32,000 nt of DNA, taken from positions 1,200,001 through 1,232,000 of the forward strand of contig NZ_CP027570.1 in assembly GCF_003010495.1 (NCBI RefSeq), in the 5' to 3' direction. Origin of the DNA: Megasphaera elsdenii DSM 20460. Its GTDB lineage: Bacteria; Bacillota; Negativicutes; Veillonellales; Megasphaeraceae. Position numbers and translations under genes: made by a program. Position 1 is the first letter of the stretch, and each line of letters opens with the position of its first letter. The notes under the pieces are model-generated. The model was not told the DNA's origin, did not search any database, and saw only the letters and a list, made by a program, of their open reading frames with translations. Positions 8,921 to 16,741 of the stretch are shown here, one piece after another.

Positions 8921-9728
8921 GGTAGTGTCAAGATTCTTTCGCAAATTCATTTCATCCGCCAGTAAATATCGTAATCAGATATATGGATTTTCCTCGTCAT
9001 TTGGCTGCTCAATTTTCATCTTGAATAGATGCTCCATGTCCATATAGCGTTTTGAGCCCCATTCCGAGGCGGCAACATGACGAAGTCTGGCACAGACGAG
9101 CATCAAAGCACTGTTGCCGTCAGGAAAGGCACCAATGGCCCGTGTACGGCGGCGTATCTCGCGATTCACCCGTTCTGTTAGGTTATTTGTGCCTTTCATG
9201 CCTTCTGCGGCTTCGAGAATCTCACGGAACCCGTCTTTATTGGAGACCTTTGTGCCCCAAAGCAATTCGGTGATATCTTCGACACGGCGCACGGATACGC
9301 CGGCCAGGTACATCTCAATAAGGGCTTCCTCGACAGAGCATTCACGGCGTTTATAGCGCTCGATGATGGCCGTCTCAAACTGGATGCCCTTGAGCTTCGG
9401 CACGCGTAATCTGACTTCGCCGGAAGTCGTGCCAAAAATCCGCTCGTAATGACCGGAACGGTAGCCCTTACGGTCTCCCGTTCGCTCATACTTGCCAGCG
9501 CGGACGAGTTCATCCGCCTCGTGGTCGAGCAGGGCGTTCAGTGTTTCCTCTACACTGTTGCGTACAAGATCCTTTAAATTATTCTTTATAAGATCCTCAT
9601 TAAGTTGTATAATATTACCAGATATGGTCTATTGCCTCCTTACGAATTTTGTGTGGTAACTTAATTGTACTAGCGGCAATAGACTATGTCTATTTTTATG
9701 AAATTGAATTTGCGAAATATATTTTACC
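8921..9728 (-). mobile_element. Internally deleted IS256-family element (~0.8 kb) with imperfect terminal inverted repeats
   Basis: Left end ggtagtgtcaagattctttcgcaaattcatttcat (8921-8955) pairs with the reverse complement of the right end, ggtaaaatatatttcgcaaattcaatttcat (9698-9728). GC is visibly higher than in the flanks. No target-site duplication was seen. Confidence 0.75.
8975..9628 (-). pseudogene. IS256-family (Mutator-type) transposase remnant lacking the DDE core and a start codon
   Basis: A single open frame runs from 9628 down to 8975. It encodes the N-terminal part (...RSGHYERIFGTTSGEVRLRVPKLKGIQFETAIIERYKRRE...GVSVRRVEDITELLWGTKVS) joined directly to the C-terminal part (NNLTERVNREIRRRTRAIGAFPDGNSALMLVCARLRHV). 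AGGAGG at 9635-9640 is followed by ATA rather than ATG at 9625. Confidence 0.75.
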
Positions 9729-9734
9729 TTATCG

Positions 9735-10124
9735 GATGTTATCCGTGGTTCTGATCTGGTTGTTTCTGCAGTTACGAGGGCAACTGAAAATTTTGCATCA
9801 GATGACTGCTATAAACCTGGAGTGACGGTTATCCCTGTTTGCACATTAGGATTTCAGAACTGTGATTTGTTCTTTGATTAGGTATTTACAGATGAAATTG
9901 AACAGATCAGAGGATTCAAATATTTTGATAAGTTTAAGTCTGTTCATAATGTGACAGATGTTTTATTGGGAAGAGTACCAGGACGTTTAAATGATAAGCA
10001 GCGTATCCTGGTTTATAATTATGGCGTAGGCATTCATGATCTGTATTTTGCGGAACAGTTTTATCATGCAATACAAGGTACAGACATTGAATATAATTTT
10101 TGTAAAGAAAAGTATTTTATCTGA
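9735..10124 (+). pseudogene. Ornithine cyclodeaminase/mu-crystallin family gene, 3' fragment with an in-frame stop
   Basis: The translation begins DVIRGSDLVVSAVTRATENFASDDCYKPGVTVIPV... immediately after the IS right end. There is an in-frame TAG at 9879-9881, and the frame ends at TGA 10122-10124. Confidence 0.5.
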
Positions 10125-10161
10125 TCATGGATACTGCTGAAGTACACAGGGAGGAATGCAT

Positions 10162-11255
10162 ATGCGTATCTGCATAGTCGGCGGTGGTAATATCGGTACT
10201 TTATTAGTGGGTGAAGCAGCCGCGGATGGTCATGACGTAACTATGTATACATCCAGACCGGACAGCTGGCATAATCATATTGTAGTAAAAGATATTCAGG
10301 GACTCATCATCGCAGAGGGGGATATCTACACAATTACAGATGATATGTCTTTGGCTTTAAAAAATCAGGACTATATCTGTGTGACACTTCCATCTATTGC
10401 TCAGAAGTCTTTTGCAGATAAGGCTGCGGCTTATGTAAAGCCCGGCACTCGATTTGTGATGATTCCTGGTTATGGCGGCACAGAATTCCTTATGCAATCG
10501 GTGCTGAAGCAAGGAGCAGTCCTTATTGGCTTTGAACGGGTACAGGCTATTGCCCGGTTGATTCGTTATGGACAGAGTGTTTGTATGAGGGGCCGTAAAA
10601 ACGAAATTCAACTAGCATCCTATCCCCAGTGCCCTGAAGATGAAATAAAAACTATTGCAAATGATATGGAAGTTCTTTTTCATCTGCCAGTAAAAATCAT
10701 GCCTAATTACCTGAATATAACATTTACGCCGTCCAATCCGGTATTGCATACCTCCCGTTTGTATTCAATGTTTAAAGACTATCAGGAGGGCGTGTATTAT
10801 CCGAGTCATCTTCCTTTCTATGATGGCTGGACTGATTTTTCTTCTAAAGTTCTCTTTCGATTGGATGATGAAGTTCAGCTTCTCTGCTCTACGCTTAATC
10901 ATTTAGACCTTGATGGTGTCAATCTTTAAGGTTGCATTATGAAAGTCCGACAATATCAGCGATGACCTATAAATTAACCCATATAGATTCATTCCATGGA
11001 ATTATGTCTCCCATGAAAGAAACCGATAAAGGATGGATTCCGGATTTTAATAATCGTTATTTCAGCTGTGATTTTAATTATGGCTTAGAAATTCTTTATC
11101 AGTTTGCCCAAATCTGTCATCTAAAAGTACCTGCGATGGACACTGTAATGCAGTGGTATCGTAAGGTAACTCATAGTAATAAGACGATAGTAGATATTGA
11201 AGAATATGGAATTCATTCTATAGATGATATTTATATTAAGTATCTGAGTAAATAG
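10162..11255 (+). pseudogene. NAD(P) opine (octopine/nopaline-type) dehydrogenase family gene, frameshifted
   Basis: N-terminus MRICIVGGGNIGTLLVGE (Rossmann fold). GGGAGG at 10149-10154 favours ATG 10162. The frame changes at ~10914-10932 (TAA 10927-10929) and continues as ...HYESPT...GWIPDFNNRYFSCDFNYGLEIL in frame 3 to 11255. Confidence 0.55.
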
Positions 11256-11423
11256 CTTGTAAGCGATAAATAATCGATGGACTTTTTAACATCTGGAAAT
11301 ATGTGAAAATAACTCTAGTCAATTTAAATGATTTATACTGGTGTTAATGAATATGAATATTATCTTGTCACCCAATAACCTATTCATCACATGAGGCTAT
11401 ACAGATGTACTCCAATAGTTGGT

Positions 11424-11475
11424 AACGTTTCACTTATTCTAGAAACGTTGACAAGAGTGTAGAAAATGATATATT
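11424..11475 (+). promoter_or_regulatory. Promoter with an overlapping 8-bp inverted repeat (operator-like) upstream of the Panacea pair
   Basis: AACGTTTC (11424-11431) and GAAACGTT (11442-11449) form an inverted repeat. TTGACA (11448-11453), 16-nt spacer, then TGaTATATT (TATATT 11470-11475). Confidence 0.45.
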
Positions 11476-11527
11476 AATTGTAAAATGTAGACAAAATAGC
11501 TATTTTTTGAAAGGGGAGAAACAGCGT

Positions 11528-12001
11528 ATGTATACGTGGAAAGGTGTGGCGGACTGGATTTTACAAAATATTGATAATGTAACTGATAAAAAATTACAGA
11601 AGTTGATGTATTTTGCATATGCGTGGTATTTAGTATTTTTCAATGAATCCGCAAATGAAATAGAAAATCGTTTGTTTGATGAACACTTTGAAGCATGGGT
11701 TCATGGGCCTGTTTTACCTGCCTTATACCAAGATGTAAAAGAATTTCATAGTGATGATATTCCCAAAAATTATTTTGAAAAGTATAGAGAACGTTTTTCG
11801 ACAGATACATTGAATTTATTTGAACAAATAAAAAAAGTGTATGGTGCATATAATGGAAATCAGTTAGAAAGCATTGTCCATCAAGAAGATCCGTGGATTC
11901 ATGCACGTAAAGGTTGTAGCAGTTATGAAATATGTAAAAATATCATTACGGATGGGGAAATTTTTAGCTATTATATAAAAAGAATTGTTGATGAATCATG
12001 A
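11528..12001 (+). CDS. Panacea-domain (DUF4065, SocA/PanA-like) antitoxin
   Basis: KLQKLMYFAYAWYLVFFNE ... FEAWVHGPVLPALYQ matches the DUF4065 pattern. The AAGGGGAG SD favours ATG 11528. The stop overlaps the next start (ATGA at 11998-12001). Confidence 0.75.
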   Translation: MYTWKGVADWILQNIDNVTDKKLQKLMYFAYAWYLVFFNESANEIENRLFDEHFEAWVHGPVLPALYQDVKEFHSDDIPKNYFEKYRERFSTDTLNLFEQIKKVYGAYNGNQLESIVHQEDPWIHARKGCSSYEICKNIITDGEIFSYYIKRIVDES

Positions 12002-12570
12002 CAAAAAGAAAAAATGTATTGAATCAGACTACGCCTATTAACGAAGTAAAAAATCCAATCAAGCCTTATGAAGATAAAGAGAAAAGAATTGTTTTTGATA
12101 TTTCTTTTAAAGGTCTTTTCTATTTTGTTGATTGTAAGGGCTTTACTAATAGACTTAGAAATGAAAAAGAATTTAGCGAGAAATTCTCTCAATTCATCAC
12201 ACTTATTCACAAACTGGAAAAGAAAGAGTTTGGGCAAGAATTAATTCAGGAGCCAGGAATGAGGCACTGTCATCTCATAAAGCAAGAAGAAAAGAGAGAA
12301 TTAGTTCACAAATGTTTTGTGGAATCACTGAAAGAATGCGTGAGTCAACCAGATCAGCGAGAAGATTACTGGGCGCAGATTACCGAAGGGGAAAAATTAT
12401 ATCAGATTGGATTTGAAAAAGAATGGAGATTCATTGGGATATACAAGGAAAATAGGAATTTATTTTACATTTTATTGTTCGATTGGCATCATTCTCTCTT
12501 TCCTGATGAACGGAGAAATACTATTAATCTTAAACTGATGAAATATAGTTTATTTGGTAGAAATAAATGA
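11998..12570 (+). CDS. Candidate PanT-type toxin, 190 aa, family unassigned
   Basis: Translationally coupled (ATGA overlap) to the Panacea gene. The C-terminal stretch LYQIGFEKEWRFIGIYKENRNLFYILLFDWHHSLFP is loosely reminiscent of RelE/ParE-type folds, which is weak evidence. Confidence 0.45.
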   Translation: MTKRKNVLNQTTPINEVKNPIKPYEDKEKRIVFDISFKGLFYFVDCKGFTNRLRNEKEFSEKFSQFITLIHKLEKKEFGQELIQEPGMRHCHLIKQEEKRELVHKCFVESLKECVSQPDQREDYWAQITEGEKLYQIGFEKEWRFIGIYKENRNLFYILLFDWHHSLFPDERRNTINLKLMKYSLFGRNK

Positions 12571-12672
12571 TACTTAGAATTAAACAAATATTGTAGTAAA
12601 GTAATATGGATTTATATTAATCCGAAAGCTGACGGTAGCAAAGAATTCATATTATAAATTAGGAGTGGTGAT

Positions 12673-13893
12673 ATGTTATTAGAGTATACATGTTCTAACT
12701 ATAAATCCATAAAAGATAGGGTACTTTTTTCGTTGCTGGCAGATAAAGATATTTCTTCTCATACCCCAAATACTGTGCTTTATGACAATAAAAAAATTTT
12801 AAAATCTGCCGTAATTTATGGCGCTAATGGCTCTGGAAAAACTAATTTTTTAAATTCAATGAAATTCATGAAATTATTAGTGGCTACTAGCATTCGCAAA
12901 CAGCCTGGCGAAGGCATTCCTCAACTTTCGCATAAACTTTCTGCATCTAATGTTCCGACGGTGTTTACTGTACAGTTCATTCGTCATGGAATTCGATATT
13001 CGTATGGTTTTTCTGTTTTGCATAATATGATTGATGGGGAGTATTTGTACTACTTTCCCAAAAAGCGACTTGTAAAAATTTTTGAACGTGATGGAATGAA
13101 TATTATTCCTGGAAATAGATATAAAAATTCGTTTGATGTGAGCCAGAGCATATTAAAAGAAAATAGGTTGTTTTTATCTTGTGCTGCTAATTACACAAAT
13201 ATTAAAGAAATAGAAGAGGCGTTTTTGTTTTTTGTGGAAGATGTAGTTATTTATGATAATAATGAAAATGATTGGACTGGCTCTTCTATTCATTTGATGA
13301 GAGAAAATAAAGTAATTAAACATAAGTTTATATCATTATTACAGGAATTTGGTACAGGCATACAAAATATTAGCAGTAAGACTGAAAAAGTAAAAATTGC
13401 TACGGAACCTTTACCAGATGAAATAAAAAAGTTTTTGCCTAAAGTAGCAAATCGTATTACGATTAAAGTTGATTATGGTAAATTTCAAACTGACTTGATG
13501 TCGGAAGAATCAGATGGTGTTCAAAAATTATTTGAGTTATTGTGTCCTATTTTAGATATTTTAGCTAAAGACAAAGTCTTAATTTGTGATGAATTAGAGA
13601 ATAGTTTACATGAAATTTTAGTGGCCCATATTATAAAACTATTTCATGATAATGAATCTAAAGCGCAACTTATATTTTCAACGCATGATACAAGTCTGTT
13701 AAGTAATAATATTTTTCGCAGAGATCAGATTTGGTTTACTCAACTTACTCAAGACAGAGCAACAGATTTGTATTCTCTGATAGAAATTAAAAATATAGAT
13801 AATTTAGAGAACCTTGAAAAAGGGTATATTAGTGGTAAATACGGAGCGATTCCGTTCTTGAATATCTCATCTATTAGTAAATTGGAAAAGTAA
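12673..13893 (+). CDS. AAA_21/AAA_15-type (ABC-like) ATPase
   Basis: Walker A VIYGANGSGKTNF, Walker B/D-loop VLICDELENSLHEIL and H-loop QLIFSTHDTSLL. AGGAGTGG SD lies before ATG 12673. Confidence 0.8.
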   Translation: MLLEYTCSNYKSIKDRVLFSLLADKDISSHTPNTVLYDNKKILKSAVIYGANGSGKTNFLNSMKFMKLLVATSIRKQPGEGIPQLSHKLSASNVPTVFTVQFIRHGIRYSYGFSVLHNMIDGEYLYYFPKKRLVKIFERDGMNIIPGNRYKNSFDVSQSILKENRLFLSCAANYTNIKEIEEAFLFFVEDVVIYDNNENDWTGSSIHLMRENKVIKHKFISLLQEFGTGIQNISSKTEKVKIATEPLPDEIKKFLPKVANRITIKVDYGKFQTDLMSEESDGVQKLFELLCPILDILAKDKVLICDELENSLHEILVAHIIKLFHDNESKAQLIFSTHDTSLLSNNIFRRDQIWFTQLTQDRATDLYSLIEIKNIDNLENLEKGYISGKYGAIPFLNISSISKLEK

Positions 13894-13910
13894 AGGGGAG
13901 GGAGCGATAA

Positions 13911-14651
13911 ATGTTGTTAGAACCAAATTATAAGCTTACTCCTAGGAATAAAAATGTTAGAGAAAAATGTCCATCTAAAACTGTGATGAAATTTTCTCTA
14001 AAAGAAATAAAACAACATTTTGATGAGAGTTTAGCAATGCTTCGCAATCAAACATCTATTGCGCATGGTTTTTATGAAAATCGAAATGTAGAGGAAGCAA
14101 AATATATATGGCGCACACAAATTGTATTATTAGAAAGTGCTTATGATTTTTATCTACATGAAATTACTAAGTATGGGTTATGCCGGATATACGAAAAACA
14201 ATGGGATGAAACTCCAAAATATAAAAACATAAATATTAACATGGAAACATTGTCGGAAGCTTTAATTAGTAATGGAAGTTTGGACTGGTTTTTAAAATTC
14301 ACAAATGACCATTATAGTATCAAAACATTAACATCTTATCAGTCTTTTCGTGATCAATGTAATTTGTTGGGGATTGATTATAGAGAAATTGCAGATGAAG
14401 TGTTCTATGATAGGAATTCTCGCAAATCAACAGAAGAAAAATTAGAAAATGTCATAACTGAGCTTTTTAAACGAAGAAATCGAATTGCGCATCAATATGA
14501 TCGTGAATATGCTGATGCTGAACCTCAAAATATTGATGAAAAAACAGTAGAAGATTTTTTGCAAAGAATCTCTGAAATTGTGGATTCTATTTATCGAGCA
14601 GTACTTAGAAAAGATGGAATTTTTAATGATTTTACTTGCAATGATAAATAA
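13911..14651 (+). CDS. HEPN-domain protein (RNxIAH motif), putative RNase partner of the ATPase
   Basis: C-terminal LFKRRNRIAHQYD fits the HEPN Rx4-6H motif. The AGGGGAGGGA SD begins directly after the ATPase stop (13891-13893). Confidence 0.55.
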   Translation: MLLEPNYKLTPRNKNVREKCPSKTVMKFSLKEIKQHFDESLAMLRNQTSIAHGFYENRNVEEAKYIWRTQIVLLESAYDFYLHEITKYGLCRIYEKQWDETPKYKNININMETLSEALISNGSLDWFLKFTNDHYSIKTLTSYQSFRDQCNLLGIDYREIADEVFYDRNSRKSTEEKLENVITELFKRRNRIAHQYDREYADAEPQNIDEKTVEDFLQRISEIVDSIYRAVLRKDGIFNDFTCNDK

Positions 14652-14740
14652 AAAAGAAACTGGTGTCTATATCTTTGGGAGCGAGTGTCAAACGTCCGCT
14701 AACACATAAAGCATATTTTTTAGAAAATGAATATATACAA

Positions 14741-14757
14741 CAGCACTTTACAACTTT
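14741..14757 (-). repeat. 17-nt core repeat, copy C (inverted relative to A/B)
   Basis: cagcactttacaacttt is identical to copy D and is the reverse complement of the A/B core aaagttgtaaactgctg, with 1 mismatch. Confidence 0.6.
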
Positions 14758-15095
14758 TACGCCATTTTGGAAGTTGACGAGTCCAGTTTACATAAAGCAT
14801 GAACTAAGTCCGTTGAATTTTTTACGGGTTAGGCCTTAGCGACCAAAGTGCAAAAAATATTTCATGCTGTATTTGCCAATTTATATGACTTCGCAGTTCT
14901 TGCATATTGGCGTTTTTTGTATTTCACAAAAGACTCATTTAGATACGGAAGCATTTTCAGGTTATTGTAATTCCGGTGAAGAAAACGAAGAGAGGGGAAT
15001 GCTTGCAAAAACAGCTGGGCCATGATTGGCCAGGTCAACAGGAATTGCGTTGGCCGTGTCGCTGTAGAAAAATAGTGAGCAGTTTCATTATACTT

Positions 15096-15145
15096 CAAAG
15101 TGTGGTTACGCGATACTTAGTTGTTCAAAAAGTTGTAAACTGCTG
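15096..15145 (+). repeat. 50-bp direct repeat, copy B, immediately 5' of the Wzx-like gene
   Basis: See copy A. It ends 13 nt before ATG 15159. Confidence 0.9.
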
Positions 15146-15158
15146 ATTAGGTGAGTAT

Positions 15159-16583
15159 ATGCAGATTAATACACAAAAGAAAGATATTATATGGAACTAC
15201 TTGGGAATCTTCTTCTCTTTGGGTTCTCAAGTTATATGGCTGCCTGTCCTGATTCATTACTTACCACCTGATATTTTAGGTTTATGGTACGTATTCGTCA
15301 GTATTGGTGGTATGGTTGAACTTCTTGATAGTGGCTTTACGCCAACTTTGAGCCATTGCATGACTTATGCGTGGAGTGGAGCCATGGATTTGAAGAAACA
15401 GGGTGTCGTCTTTTCCGGTGAACGGAGTGGGCCGAATTATGCTTTGGTTTATGGGATTTTGAGTACTTGCCGAGTCTTATATTTTGGCATTGCCTGTGTA
15501 GCTACCTTAGTTATGGTCGGTGCTGGTACGTTGTACGTGCAGCGCATCGCCTCGGCCTATTTATCTTGGCAAGTTTATGCTACTTGGATGCTTTATATAG
15601 CATCAACCTTTATTAATCTTTATATAGGCTATTATGCCGTCGTCCTCGTCGGTATCGGCGATATTTTTCATAAAAACCGGGCACAGATTTTATCGAAAGG
15701 TGCTTTTTTGATATTAGGAACACTCGGCCTTGTTTGTGGCTTTGGGATTCTCAGCCTTGGCGTAGCTTATTTTGCCAGCGGTTTTGTTTTACGCTTTTTG
15801 TGCAAGCATTATCTCATCAAGGAGCATAAGTTTGATGAATTATTTCGAAAATATCGCCATCAGACAGATTATTCCAAGCGCCATGTCTTGGCTATGATGT
15901 GGCCCAATGCCTGGCGGGATGGATTAGTTACGGTTACGGCTTATCTGACAGGGCAGGCTACGGTACTGATGAGCAGCGGCTTTCTGACTCTGTATGAAAC
16001 GGGGATTTACTCTTTTTCCATGCAAGTCGTCAATGCCTTGATTAGCATTGCTTCAGGTATGTTCAGTGCCTATGTTCCGGCAATCCAATCGGCCTATGTA
16101 TCCCGCAACCGGAAAGTCATGAAAGATTTATACGCGAAGTCCATGGCCTGTGCCTTTCACCTCAGTTTCTGGGGCATCATCGTTTTTGCAGCGATTGGCA
16201 TTCCCATCGTACAACTCCTGCGCCATGACTTCGTCATTGAACGACCGGCCTTCCTGCTGTTGGCACTGTCAATTTATCTCTTGAATCGCCATCGAAGTTC
16301 TGCCTGCTTCATCAGTACCATGAATAAGCTGCCATATACCTTCAGCTTCATCTTCTTCGGCGTCATCAGTATCAGTGCCACCTATATCGGACTAGCCTAC
16401 TTCCATTTAGGATTATGGGGCCTCATCCTTATTCCCTTAGCGGTCCAGTCCATCTACAATAACTGGAAATGGAACCAAGTCGTCAATCGCTATCTGCATA
16501 CCACAGAAATCAGATTGATGAGACAGGGGACGGCTGATCTTATGCGGATCGTAGGGAATAAAATATTTAAAACGAAATCATAA
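15159..16583 (+). CDS. Wzx-like polysaccharide/O-antigen flippase (MOP superfamily membrane protein)
   Basis: 474-aa protein with ~12-14 TM segments and an N-terminus typical of RfbX/Wzx-type exporters (IIWNYLGIFFSLGSQVIWLPVLIHYLPPDILGLWYVF). It is visibly GC-richer than the flanking cassettes. AGGTGAG SD is present. Confidence 0.6.
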   Translation: MQINTQKKDIIWNYLGIFFSLGSQVIWLPVLIHYLPPDILGLWYVFVSIGGMVELLDSGFTPTLSHCMTYAWSGAMDLKKQGVVFSGERSGPNYALVYGILSTCRVLYFGIACVATLVMVGAGTLYVQRIASAYLSWQVYATWMLYIASTFINLYIGYYAVVLVGIGDIFHKNRAQILSKGAFLILGTLGLVCGFGILSLGVAYFASGFVLRFLCKHYLIKEHKFDELFRKYRHQTDYSKRHVLAMMWPNAWRDGLVTVTAYLTGQATVLMSSGFLTLYETGIYSFSMQVVNALISIASGMFSAYVPAIQSAYVSRNRKVMKDLYAKSMACAFHLSFWGIIVFAAIGIPIVQLLRHDFVIERPAFLLLALSIYLLNRHRSSACFISTMNKLPYTFSFIFFGVISISATYIGLAYFHLGLWGLILIPLAVQSIYNNWKWNQVVNRYLHTTEIRLMRQGTADLMRIVGNKIFKTKS

Positions 16584-16627
16584 AAATAATCCGGCTGCGG
16601 TGAAATCACTGGGCCGGATTGTTTTTT
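16583..16627 (+). terminator. Hairpin repeat R2, rho-independent terminator of the Wzx-like gene
   Basis: aaaaataatccggctgcggtgaaatcactgggccggattgtttttt: stem AATCCGG/CCGGATT plus a T6 tail directly after the stop at 16581-16583. Confidence 0.7.
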
Positions 16628-16646
16628 GCAGCAGTATAGAGATGCC

Positions 16647-16675
16647 TTGACACGATATTTATTTTGCCATAAACT
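16647..16675 (+). promoter_or_regulatory. Sigma-70-type promoter for the DUF4917 cassette
   Basis: TTGACA (16647-16652), 17-nt spacer, TAAACT (16670-16675). Confidence 0.45.
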
Positions 16676-16741
16676 AAAGATACATTAACGAACGTATTTT
16701 CTTATTTTGTTGCTATTATATAGGGAAAGGCATGAGTTTTA

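Noticed and set aside
9052-9513. ORFs 9052-9273 (+), 9114-9356 (+) and 9196-9513 (-) in the GC-rich patch
   Set aside because: They are alternative frames of the IS256-type transposase remnant, whose true frame (minus strand, 9628-8975) gives recognisable transposase sequence.
14862-15098. 78-aa minus-strand ORF (and the 70-aa ORF at 4294-4506) starting inside repeats B and A
   Set aside because: The two products are unrelated to each other, have no recognisable motif and no SD, and the second overlaps the 142-aa + strand ORF. 14860-15095 is somewhat GC-richer and may be junction debris of an unidentified gene, so I leave it unannotated rather than call a CDS.
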